Source: a virus (lineage: Duplodnaviria > Heunggongvirae > Uroviricota > Caudoviricetes). From it: a stretch of DNA of 64,000 nt. The position numbers and the translations under genes are program-made. The stretch is taken from positions 1 through 64,000 of IMG/VR virus record IMGVR_UViG_3300035184_001394, one strand, 5' to 3'. This document shows, piece by piece, positions 49,997 to 58,744 of the stretch. Every line of letters begins with the position of its first letter. The first letter of the stretch is position 1. The notes beneath the pieces are model-generated. The model did no database searches. It was given only the letters and a program-made list of their open reading frames with translations, and was not told the DNA's origin.

Positions 49997-50454
49997 TATT
50001 TAATTCCCAACTCTTTTTCAGTCATAATAATAAATTCCCAAGCTCGATCTTGACAATATATTCGAGCCGCTTTCCACTTAGCTTCATTAACACCATATGT
50101 TTTAACTTCATTCAGATATCTTCGTGATACTCTACCGGTAGGTGTAGAATTCTTTTTCTTTATGTTTGGTGGTAATGTTTGAGCATAAGGTTTAATTTCA
50201 ATCATTGTTGTAATCTTTCTACCATCTGGCATATTCTTGTGTACAACAACGTCAGGATAATATCTGTGCATCTTACCATCAATTGGAGATCTATAAGGAA
50301 CTATATGTTCTTCTGATGCCCACCAAATTACGTCATTATGCTTATCAACAAATCTAAAAAATTTTAGTTCCCACAGAGATCTATACGTGATCTTAGAATA
50401 ATCACCTTTATATTTGGCTGGGTTTGTCGGTCTAAATTTACCTCGATATGCCAA
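49996..50454 (-). CDS. 4: head completion protein gp4
   Basis: MAYRGKFRPTNPAKYKGD...ITYRSLWELKFF..VD....V.WW.SEE..VPY.SP.DGK.HRYYPD pattern is typical of T4-like gp4. 152 aa. Confidence 0.65.
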   Translation of the reverse strand: MAYRGKFRPTNPAKYKGDYSKITYRSLWELKFFRFVDKHNDVIWWASEEHIVPYRSPIDGKMHRYYPDVVVHKNMPDGRKITTMIEIKPYAQTLPPNIKKKNSTPTGRVSRRYLNEVKTYGVNEAKWKAARIYCQDRAWEFIIMTEKELGIK

Positions 50455-50470
50455 TTATATATTCCTTTTG

Positions 50471-50478
50471 TATAAATA
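50471..50478 (+). promoter_or_regulatory. T4-type late promoter TATAAATA (rightward baseplate operon)
   Basis: TATAAATA 55 nt upstream of the ATG at 50534. Confidence 0.5.
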
Positions 50479-50498
50479 ATAGTTAATAGTATATTGTT

Positions 50499-50506
50499 TA
50501 TTTATA
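50499..50506 (-). promoter_or_regulatory. T4-type late promoter TATAAATA (leftward gene 4 operon)
   Basis: Minus strand TATAAATA 45 nt upstream of the ATG at 50454. Confidence 0.5.
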
Positions 50507-50533
50507 CAATATTAGAAAATAACAGAGGCAAAT

Positions 50534-51496
50534 ATGGCATCTAATACATCAACTCGCCCGGAACGAGCGCGCAAAGCAAAAGAATTTAAGAATAGCAATA
50601 AGATACATTCTTTTCCTGCTAAGCCAATGCCACATTCTATGATGTTGACATTTAAAAAATATGATTACTCAAACTTATACAGTAAAATAAATACGACAAC
50701 TACAAGCAGTAACAATTCCGGCGTTCAAAAATCTGAAGAAGTAATAATAGAATTACCTTTCCCTACAAATTTATCAGATGTAACTTCTTTAAGAGTTGAA
50801 ACTTTTGGTCGATCGGCTGCATCTTCAGCTTTCGCTTCTAGTTTGTCTGGTGCACAGTCTGCAGGTACAAGCGGAAATGCAATGCTTGATAATGCATCAA
50901 CAGCAATTGGTAATATTGCTAAAGGAATACAGAAAACTGGTGTTTCAATAGTTGATCAATCTAATGCAGGTAGACAAGATATGGCAGCATTTCTGAGTCA
51001 GTCTGCTGCTAAATTATACAAAAATGATTTTTCGACAACATTAGATAGCGTTGTCGGTCGTGCGTCTAACCCGAAAGAAACTTTATCTTTTAATGGTGTT
51101 AATTTAAAATCATACACGTTTACTTGGAGATTATTTCCAAGTAATATACAAGATTCAGAATCTATTAAGAATATAGTAAAAACAATAAAATCTCAGATAT
51201 TACCATCAACTAGAGATTTTTTAGCATTTGAAAAGGTATTTTTAACTTATCCCAGTACAGTAGACATACAATTGCTTGGTGTTGATGAATCGCATTTCTT
51301 TAAATTTAAAACTTCAATGGTATCTAGTTTTAATGTTAATTACGGCTCCGGTGATGACATACCACTTATTTCTGGTGGAAAGCCAGCTCATGTGACAATA
51401 GATATAGGATTTTCTGAATTAGAAGCTCACACTGCCGGACACGAAGATAATCTAGATGAAGTTGTTAGTAGCAGTGATAGTGGAGGTCAAGGATAA
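50534..51496 (+). CDS. baseplate tail-tube cap / tube-fold protein (gp48-like)
   Basis: 320 aa. ..LSFNGVNLKSYTFTWRLFPSN..ES..I..IV..IK... and ..GKPAHVTIDIGFSELE pattern is typical of gp48/gp54-type tube-fold proteins. Assignment is tentative. Confidence 0.4.
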   Translation: MASNTSTRPERARKAKEFKNSNKIHSFPAKPMPHSMMLTFKKYDYSNLYSKINTTTTSSNNSGVQKSEEVIIELPFPTNLSDVTSLRVETFGRSAASSAFASSLSGAQSAGTSGNAMLDNASTAIGNIAKGIQKTGVSIVDQSNAGRQDMAAFLSQSAAKLYKNDFSTTLDSVVGRASNPKETLSFNGVNLKSYTFTWRLFPSNIQDSESIKNIVKTIKSQILPSTRDFLAFEKVFLTYPSTVDIQLLGVDESHFFKFKTSMVSSFNVNYGSGDDIPLISGGKPAHVTIDIGFSELEAHTAGHEDNLDEVVSSSDSGGQG

Positions 51497-51873
51497 TGAC
51501 TAAGTATTTTGAGAATTTTCCAACAATAGAATATAACGGTAGACGAGTTAAAGATATTACACGGCGAAATAACTTTGCTCGTAATATATCTAACAACCCA
51601 TATTTATTTATGCCTTACACTGTTAAACAAGGTGAAAGAGCAGAAGACATAGCTGAATTCTATTATGGTTCAGTTGATTATATTTGGTTGGTTTATTTAG
51701 CTAATAACATTATAGACCCTTATCATGAATGGCCATTTGATGAATATAATTTTAACCAATATATCATGAAAAAGTACGAAAAAGAATCCGGTGAAATTGG
51801 TGAAGATATTGTAGCTTGGACACAATCTGAAGAAAACGAAGAAAACGTACTTTATTATTACAGGGAGGTATAA
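51496..51873 (+). CDS. 53: baseplate wedge protein gp53-like, N-terminal LysM-like part
   Basis: YTVKQGERAEDIAEFYYGSVDYIWLVYLANNIIDPYHEWP parallels T4 gp53 YYIKGSPRPEELANAIYGNPQLYWVLLMCNDNYDPYYGW as recalled. Confidence 0.55.
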   Translation: MTKYFENFPTIEYNGRRVKDITRRNNFARNISNNPYLFMPYTVKQGERAEDIAEFYYGSVDYIWLVYLANNIIDPYHEWPFDEYNFNQYIMKKYEKESGEIGEDIVAWTQSEENEENVLYYYREV

Positions 51874-51876
51874 CTA

Positions 51877-52134
51877 ATGGCTGTTGATATAATCAAATTA
51901 ACACCAGAATCTTTTGAGACTATTTATTTGCGTGGCGAAGACCGTGTTATATTAAGAACAGAACAAGGCAGAAAGATTATAATTAAACGTATCATTCCGG
52001 AAGAATGGACTCCATATAGAATATACGACTTTGAACGGGCGTTAAACGATAATAAAAAAGAAATATTCTTATTTGATAGTAAGTACATTAACAAAATTTC
52101 TAAAGATTTTGTTAACAGTGTAAGAGATGACTAA
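51877..52134 (+). CDS. 53: gp53-like, C-terminal part (separate ORF in the same frame after a TAA stop)
   Basis: YRIYDFERALNDNKKEIFLFDSKYINKISKDFVNSVRD versus the T4 gp53 tail VDTYEAAVLENEKLRQIKIIAKSDINSFMNDLIRIME. GGAGG lies 8 nt before the ATG. Confidence 0.4.
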   Translation: MAVDIIKLTPESFETIYLRGEDRVILRTEQGRKIIIKRIIPEEWTPYRIYDFERALNDNKKEIFLFDSKYINKISKDFVNSVRDD

Positions 52135-53492
52135 TGGCTGAATTTAATCCATCAAACTGCCAAATATTAGAAGCGTCAATTAGGTCTCATGGCAAACCGA
52201 AAGGGACTAATATTAATGGAATGATCGGTAATATAAGCTTCACTCAATCAATTAATATGACTTCATGGATGGGATCTATTACTGTACATGACAACTCTGG
52301 ATTTTTAGAAAACTATCCATTGAGAGGTGAAGAGGAATTAATTCTAAAATTAAATAGTCTTGATTTAAATTACGAAATTGATTTAAATGCACAAATATAT
52401 AAAATAAATAACATGTCTACTACAGAAAATAACGATGGTGTAGTATATACTCTGCATTTTATGTCAAAGGCTAGTTACGCTGCTGGTACTCGCAGAATTA
52501 TTAAATCATTTAAAGATCAATCAGCTTCTGAAATAGTCGGTTCGTTATTTAAAGAGTATGTTTCAAACTATTCTCAACAAAAGAGAGTTGATGAAGAGTT
52601 ACCGTTTTCAACTAAAAAATATAATCTAATTGGTGACGATAACAGAGGTCGTCGATTATATATCCAACCAACAAACGGTTATCTTAGAGCAATAATACCA
52701 AATTACGGAACAAATCAGGCAATGCGATTTATTTCTTCTAAATCGTTTAGTGTCAACGCTCAATCAAGTTCTTATAGGTTTTTCGAAACATTTGAGGGTT
52801 ATTATTTTGTTACTGACGAGTTTTTAATTAAGAGTGCCATTAGTAATAACGACAAGGTAATTAATCTTTTTTATGACTCATTCGTAAGTTTAGACCCTAA
52901 AAAAATGTCTGATCAAATTAGAACAATAGAGACACTTTCTAATACGAAACGTGTTGATGTCGGATTTGATACTCATGGCGGTGGGTATGTGAATAAAGTA
53001 ATAGAAATAGATTATGTTCGCAGAAAGGTAAACGAAAACGTATTCGATTATACTAAAGACGCGAAATATATTGACACTACTGGAAATATACCAAAAATAT
53101 CATCTGATATACATTCTCCTGAGTTTATAAAAGACACATTTAATGAGGAAAACGCAAAAAGATTTTTGGTATTTAAAGATTATAGTCAAGAAGGTGATAT
53201 GGCTAGTAATTTAAGGGCTGATCAATATTATAGTGAAATAATATCAAGAAGAACATCTCAACAACATCATATGAGTAGTATAGAAATTAGTATTGGTTTA
53301 AAAGGTCGATTAGACATATCAGCTGGATCTATTATTAATATTAATGCCACTGGTTTTTCTGGTAGTAATGATAAAAAACCAAATAAACAGATATCTGGAA
53401 ATTACTTAGTTTATTCTGTAAGCCATGATATTAACAAAGATATATTGAAAACAAGTGCTAATTTAATTAAATACGACTGGAGTACTACATAA
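52134..53492 (+). CDS. baseplate hub protein (gp27-like)
   Basis: 452 aa, lying immediately upstream of and overlapping (ATAATG) the gp5-like spike. Assignment by context only. Confidence 0.4.
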   Translation: MAEFNPSNCQILEASIRSHGKPKGTNINGMIGNISFTQSINMTSWMGSITVHDNSGFLENYPLRGEEELILKLNSLDLNYEIDLNAQIYKINNMSTTENNDGVVYTLHFMSKASYAAGTRRIIKSFKDQSASEIVGSLFKEYVSNYSQQKRVDEELPFSTKKYNLIGDDNRGRRLYIQPTNGYLRAIIPNYGTNQAMRFISSKSFSVNAQSSSYRFFETFEGYYFVTDEFLIKSAISNNDKVINLFYDSFVSLDPKKMSDQIRTIETLSNTKRVDVGFDTHGGGYVNKVIEIDYVRRKVNENVFDYTKDAKYIDTTGNIPKISSDIHSPEFIKDTFNEENAKRFLVFKDYSQEGDMASNLRADQYYSEIISRRTSQQHHMSSIEISIGLKGRLDISAGSIININATGFSGSNDKKPNKQISGNYLVYSVSHDINKDILKTSANLIKYDWSTT

Positions 53493-54907
53493 TGATTGAA
53501 TCTGGAATTGGAATACGTAATCCACTTTTTTTTATGGGTGTTGTTGAGCGTAATGATGATCCAAGACTCGAAGGAAGAGTTCAAGTACGTGCGTTTAGTG
53601 TTCATGGAAAAAACCATCAAAACGAAGTACCTACCACTGATCTTCCGTGGGCTGTGTGTGTAGCTGGTAATTACAGTCCAAACAACCCACCACCAAAGCT
53701 AAATTCGTTTGTTTATGGAATGTTTTTAGATGGAAGAGATGCTCAGCACCCTCTTATACTTGGTTTAATACCAACACAATTTGCAGAAGTTATTGATCCA
53801 GCAAAAAATGGTTGGGGAGTAATACCCGATAAAGATGGTAATGTTTCAGCGCATGGTTCTTCTCCTAGGGATTTTGGTAGTCCACAGAATTCAAATCTAG
53901 CACGTGGCGAAAATCTTAATGATACATATATAGAATCGCAAGAATTAAATAGAGTATTAGGATCGAGGATTGCTGGTACAGATGAAACTTGGGACGAACC
54001 TCCTACGGCGTATGCTGCACAATATCCTTATAATAAAGTTGTTGAAACTGCTAAACATTCAGTAGAGATTGATGATACACCAGGTGCTGAAAGAATCATG
54101 ATTCATCATGATTCAGGTTCGTATATTCAAATGGATTCATCTGGCAGTGTATCATATAAATCAATGAAAGATACCTCAGATGTTCGTCTTGAAAATGAAA
54201 GTATATATGTTGGTGGAAAAAGTATTGTCCATATAAACGGCGACAGCCACGTATACGTACATGGAAATAAAACAGAAGAAGTTAACGGTGATTATCGTTT
54301 ATTAGTGAAAGGTAACGCCGAATTTGGCGTTGGTGGTCAAATGAACTTAAACGCTGGCGATCAGATTCAGGCTCGTGCTGCTGATATTAAATTAGATGCT
54401 AATGTATCAACACTAACAATTAAAGCAAAAAAGAATATTCATATCGGATCTGATGAAACAATATTAATGCACACAAATTTCATGAATCAAACAGCACTTC
54501 TCAATTTTGACACGTTTGTGGGTTTTGATTATAATTTAACATCAGGTAGAGATTGTATAACATCATCAAGTAATATATTTGCGACTGCCAATGGATCAAT
54601 GCCGAGTGAAACTATTGCTGGCAGTGTTGGTATTCATCTAAAAAGCTTAACAGCACCAATAAATTTAGATTCTAGTACAGTTGTAAGCATGAAAGCTCCA
54701 ACTGTTAATATGGATAGTGTAATTAATCTTGCAAGTGGGTTTAGTTCATCAGCAAGTGCAGCAATACAAATATTACCAACTTTTAAACCAAGTCCAGCTA
54801 TTATGCCTCAGCCACCAACAAAATCAACATCATTAACACAGCACAAGAAATCGGGTACTTCGTCAGTTAGCGGTTTAAGCGGCGTGTTTGATGATAAATT
54901 AAAATAG
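53492..54907 (+). CDS. 5: baseplate central spike gp5-like (OB-fold + beta-helix, no lysozyme domain)
   Basis: N-terminal FFMGVVERNDDPRLEGRVQVRAFSVHG...DLPWAVCV (gp5/VgrG OB domain). YPYNKVVETAKHSVEIDDTPGAERIMIHHDSGSYIQMD. Repetitive beta-helix VHINGDSHVYVHGNKTEEVNGDYRLLVKGNAEFGVGG. Confidence 0.7.
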   Translation: MIESGIGIRNPLFFMGVVERNDDPRLEGRVQVRAFSVHGKNHQNEVPTTDLPWAVCVAGNYSPNNPPPKLNSFVYGMFLDGRDAQHPLILGLIPTQFAEVIDPAKNGWGVIPDKDGNVSAHGSSPRDFGSPQNSNLARGENLNDTYIESQELNRVLGSRIAGTDETWDEPPTAYAAQYPYNKVVETAKHSVEIDDTPGAERIMIHHDSGSYIQMDSSGSVSYKSMKDTSDVRLENESIYVGGKSIVHINGDSHVYVHGNKTEEVNGDYRLLVKGNAEFGVGGQMNLNAGDQIQARAADIKLDANVSTLTIKAKKNIHIGSDETILMHTNFMNQTALLNFDTFVGFDYNLTSGRDCITSSSNIFATANGSMPSETIAGSVGIHLKSLTAPINLDSSTVVSMKAPTVNMDSVINLASGFSSSASAAIQILPTFKPSPAIMPQPPTKSTSLTQHKKSGTSSVSGLSGVFDDKLK

Positions 54908-54916
54908 GATAATAAG

Positions 54917-56491
54917 ATGGCTTCTACTTGCATAGACAAAAATGATCAAACAACAATTAATGGGTTGAGCGTAAGTTCTAGTCCAACTACTAATTCTAAT
55001 GGTGAATATACATTAAATCAAATAAGCTTGTTTGCAAAAGAACTTGCTGATAATATTGTAGCAGAAAAAGAATCTAACCCAATATTAATTGCTCAAAATA
55101 AGTATGGCGATTCTTTCTATAAATCTGTAAACTACACAAACAAAGAGTTTCTTGTTAACAAAGATTTAACTAAATATCCAAAATTACAAGAAAGATTAAA
55201 TCAAGGGCAAATTACACCAATTGAATTGGCCGACTTTCTCACTCTTTTTAATCTTACACCTAATGGCGTAATCGCAAAAGGTACATTATGGCCAGATAAT
55301 TTATTATTTGAACTTGAGCGATATTATGCTAATGATATTAAGTTTGGCTCTCTCGGTGGGATTTGCTCAATTTTTGAAAGTGTATTCGTGAATGTAGACG
55401 GATTTTTTAACGCAATTGGAGTGATTCAAGGTTTTATTAACGATGCATTCACATTCATAGCTAAAATAAAAAGTTACTCCAATAGTCCAGAAGATCGTGC
55501 TGTAGCTGCTGCTGAAGCAATTACAGTTCAAGAGTTAATAACGAAGATTGGAGAATTCATTAGCGATGAAGTAGATCAAATGCTTAAAGCTGTAAGTTTA
55601 ATGTTTGAAAATTTTAGTATTTCTGATATCATAGGTAATGTTAATCACAGAATTAAATTATCAACTATCAGAACTATAATGAAGTGCAAAGACGAAGCAT
55701 GCCTTTTGACATCTGAAGAAAACAAACAAACTATTAGAAATAAAATAAATGGATTGTTTAGTTACGCAGTAGGCTTATATGAAAATCCAGGCGTTGCCGA
55801 AATACAATTTCTAATTACACGAGTTTGCGCTCTTATTTCTAATGTTAGAGCATTATTACTAGATTTTAAATCCCCTATGGATCAATTTGAATTCAAATAT
55901 AAAAGAATATCAAATAGATTAAAAACAATTTCCAACATAACATCTTCAACTGCGATTAGAAATGGTGCCATAAGATTCTCAGAAGACGCCAAGTTAGAAA
56001 ATATAAATAGTATAAACACCAGCTGGGAAGATAACGGTGATGTTAGTTATACACCTACTGGTAAAAAAGCAAACAATGTGAAAGAACCAAATATACAAGA
56101 ATATTCAGACTTGCCATCATGCAGCGATGTTAGAAATGGAAAAGATTCAAGAATAGAAGTTGATAGTAATAGTTTTTGGGTTAAAGATTTTGGCATGGAA
56201 GGTTGGACCGGATTAGATTTTGATTTAAGAGTATATCTCATGAGATTTTCTGATTTAGTCGGTGTTAAACTTATTCTTAAAAGAGGATGGATAAGCCAAC
56301 AGTATAACTCAAAAATTGGTGGTGATCCGGATTCAATTTATATGAGTGGGAAGACAGTTAGTATTTCAACTGAAAATATTTTTTATCTTGATACAATACC
56401 AGACTATGCAATCAGAAGCGGTTTTAAATTTGTTAAAATAGACAAAGTTAATAATCTCATTCACTTAGATACAAGGCCACTAATCGGTTAA
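54917..56491 (+). CDS. baseplate-associated protein with degenerate peptidase-M15-like C-terminal domain
   Basis: The C-terminal ILKRGWISQQYNSKIGGDPDSIYMSGKTVSIS...LIHLDTRP resembles SGYRS..N...GG...S.H..G.A.D...HvD.R, but the first His and the Asp are replaced. Confidence 0.35.
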   Translation: MASTCIDKNDQTTINGLSVSSSPTTNSNGEYTLNQISLFAKELADNIVAEKESNPILIAQNKYGDSFYKSVNYTNKEFLVNKDLTKYPKLQERLNQGQITPIELADFLTLFNLTPNGVIAKGTLWPDNLLFELERYYANDIKFGSLGGICSIFESVFVNVDGFFNAIGVIQGFINDAFTFIAKIKSYSNSPEDRAVAAAEAITVQELITKIGEFISDEVDQMLKAVSLMFENFSISDIIGNVNHRIKLSTIRTIMKCKDEACLLTSEENKQTIRNKINGLFSYAVGLYENPGVAEIQFLITRVCALISNVRALLLDFKSPMDQFEFKYKRISNRLKTISNITSSTAIRNGAIRFSEDAKLENINSINTSWEDNGDVSYTPTGKKANNVKEPNIQEYSDLPSCSDVRNGKDSRIEVDSNSFWVKDFGMEGWTGLDFDLRVYLMRFSDLVGVKLILKRGWISQQYNSKIGGDPDSIYMSGKTVSISTENIFYLDTIPDYAIRSGFKFVKIDKVNNLIHLDTRPLIG

Positions 56492-56496
56492 CTAAT

Positions 56497-56913
56497 ATGA
56501 CTATAAACGTTTTTACAAATAGAAGCAAAACTCCAGATTTATTTTCAGACTTACGAAAAGATTTAGTATTGAGTCCGTTATCAGAAGATCTTGCTGTTCT
56601 CAAGAATGAGAACGCTGTGAAAGAATCAATTAAAAATCTGATATTAACAGATCGCGGTGAAAGGCTCATGCAACCATTTTTGGGTGGTGGCATAAGAGAA
56701 TTGCTTTTTGAAAACCTTATACCAAGAACAGTTAAATCAATAGAAAACCGAGTGAGAGATACAATTGAGTTGCATGAACCAAGATGTGAATTGATAGATG
56801 TATCGGTATCAGCTAACTTAGATGAAAATTCAGTTAGAGTTATAATACAATTTTACGTATCAAACGTCGATCAACCGACTTCTCTTGATATTATTTTAGA
56901 AAGGATAAGATAA
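56497..56913 (+). CDS. 25: baseplate wedge protein gp25 (GPW/gp25 family)
   Basis: 138 aa. ..AVKESIKNLILTDRGERLMQPFLGGGIRELLFEN...RVRDTIELHEPR..L..V.V pattern. Confidence 0.8.
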   Translation: MTINVFTNRSKTPDLFSDLRKDLVLSPLSEDLAVLKNENAVKESIKNLILTDRGERLMQPFLGGGIRELLFENLIPRTVKSIENRVRDTIELHEPRCELIDVSVSANLDENSVRVIIQFYVSNVDQPTSLDIILERIR

Positions 56914-56914
56914 G

Positions 56915-58732
56915 ATGACACAACCAACAACACCAATTGTAGAATTGGATTTTGAAGGTATAAAAGAACAGCTTAAAACGTTTTTGCAAGGTCAAACTCA
57001 GTTTAAAGATTATAATTTTGACGGTTCAAACTTGAGTGTCCTTCTTGATGTTCTTGCATATAACACTTTTCAAAATAACTTTTATACTAACATGGCAATT
57101 AATGAAATGTTTCTTGACTCTGCTCAGATTAAAAACTCAGTAGTTTCTCATGCAAAAGAATTAAACTATTTGCCACGATCAAGAAAATCAGCAAGAGCAA
57201 TTGTTCAATTAACAATAACTGATGTGACAGAAACAAATTCAACTATAGTAATACCAAAGTATAGTGAATTTACTACAAGGTATCAGGGCGATACATTTTC
57301 ATTTGTAACTAATAAGACATATATTGCACGAAAAACCGGCAAAGACGGCACGTTCACAACAGATAACATTGAGATATTCGAAGGTCAGATGCTAGCAACA
57401 TTTGAAAGAGAAGGTTATTTTATAGATGATGACGGTAAATTGCGCATTGCTATTACTAATGATACTGTTGATACTGATTCAATTGGTGTTTTCATAGACT
57501 CAGAACAAACTGATGATCAGAATCAATTTACATATGCTAGTGGTATTTTTGGAATCAAACCCGAAGATAAAGTATTCTATGTTGAACCATATTTTGATGA
57601 CAAATATTCAATTTATTTTGGTCGCAATGTTTTTGGCGTTCAACCAACCGAAGTTGAAGATGTTCGCGTACTATATCGTATTACAAGTGGAGCAGAAGCA
57701 AACGGGGCTGTTAAATTTGATGCGACGTTTATTAGTGGTGCATCGATTAGTGTTGCAACAATAACAAAAGCTTATGGTGGCGCTGAGCGTGAAGATTTAG
57801 CATCTATAAGATATTTTGCTCCAAAGTCGATTCAAATACAAGAAAGAGCGATTACAACAAGCGATTACGAAATATTATTGAAACAAGCTTTCCCGGAAAT
57901 TAGTGCTGTATCTGCATATAGTGGAGATCAGTTAGATCCTCCTCAATTTGGTAAAGTTGCTATAGCTGTTTATTTAAGAGATAATACCCAATTGATATCT
58001 ACTACAGTATCAAATGAATATCTTCAATTTCTAAGTGATCGAAGCCCATTAAGTGTTGAACCAATATTTGTTTCAACTGACTTTGTATATTCTGACCTAG
58101 ACATTAAAATATATTATACAACAAAGTTAACTGAAAAATCAGTTGATGAAATTGAAGCGCTCGCAAGAGCTGCAATACAGTCATATTCTGATGATAACCT
58201 AGAACAATTTAACAAGTCATTAAGACTATCTAAATTATCTTCTATTATTGATAATCTTGATCAATCTATACAGAGTAATAATATTGAAGCTTATCCAGTT
58301 ATTGAATATTCACCACCATTAAATGTTAAAGTAAATCCAACATTTAAGTTTGAAGCTGAATTGACTAAACCTTATCCATTCAAAGAATCAAATGGTTTTT
58401 CTGATTATAAACCAGCAATTAAGAGTGGCGTGTTTGATGTTGACGGTGTTTGTGTATTTCTACAAGATGATGGTATGGGTAATATTCAAATTGTTACTGA
58501 TGACGCAACAAATCCACAAGTTATAAATCCAGCTGCTGGAACAGTTGATTATGTTACTGGTACAGTAAGATTAGTAAAATTAACAGTTGAAGATTTTCCA
58601 AACTCGGCTATTAAAATTATAGCAAGAACAGTTAAAAACGATATCAAATCTCCACAAGGTAGAGTATTCATTTTAAGAGATGATGATGTTAAAATTAACG
58701 TAATAGTTGAAGATGAAAGATCTTCTCAATAA
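56915..58732 (+). CDS. 6: baseplate wedge protein gp6 (Baseplate_J family)
   Basis: LDFEGIKEQLKTFLQ...FDGSNLSVLLDVLAYNTFQNNFYTNMAINEMFLDSAQ...AKELNYLPRS.KSA is a typical gp6/J N-terminus. Follows gene 25. Confidence 0.8.
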   Translation: MTQPTTPIVELDFEGIKEQLKTFLQGQTQFKDYNFDGSNLSVLLDVLAYNTFQNNFYTNMAINEMFLDSAQIKNSVVSHAKELNYLPRSRKSARAIVQLTITDVTETNSTIVIPKYSEFTTRYQGDTFSFVTNKTYIARKTGKDGTFTTDNIEIFEGQMLATFEREGYFIDDDGKLRIAITNDTVDTDSIGVFIDSEQTDDQNQFTYASGIFGIKPEDKVFYVEPYFDDKYSIYFGRNVFGVQPTEVEDVRVLYRITSGAEANGAVKFDATFISGASISVATITKAYGGAEREDLASIRYFAPKSIQIQERAITTSDYEILLKQAFPEISAVSAYSGDQLDPPQFGKVAIAVYLRDNTQLISTTVSNEYLQFLSDRSPLSVEPIFVSTDFVYSDLDIKIYYTTKLTEKSVDEIEALARAAIQSYSDDNLEQFNKSLRLSKLSSIIDNLDQSIQSNNIEAYPVIEYSPPLNVKVNPTFKFEAELTKPYPFKESNGFSDYKPAIKSGVFDVDGVCVFLQDDGMGNIQIVTDDATNPQVINPAAGTVDYVTGTVRLVKLTVEDFPNSAIKIIARTVKNDIKSPQGRVFILRDDDVKINVIVEDERSSQ

Positions 58733-58744
58733 CAGGATAGTGTA

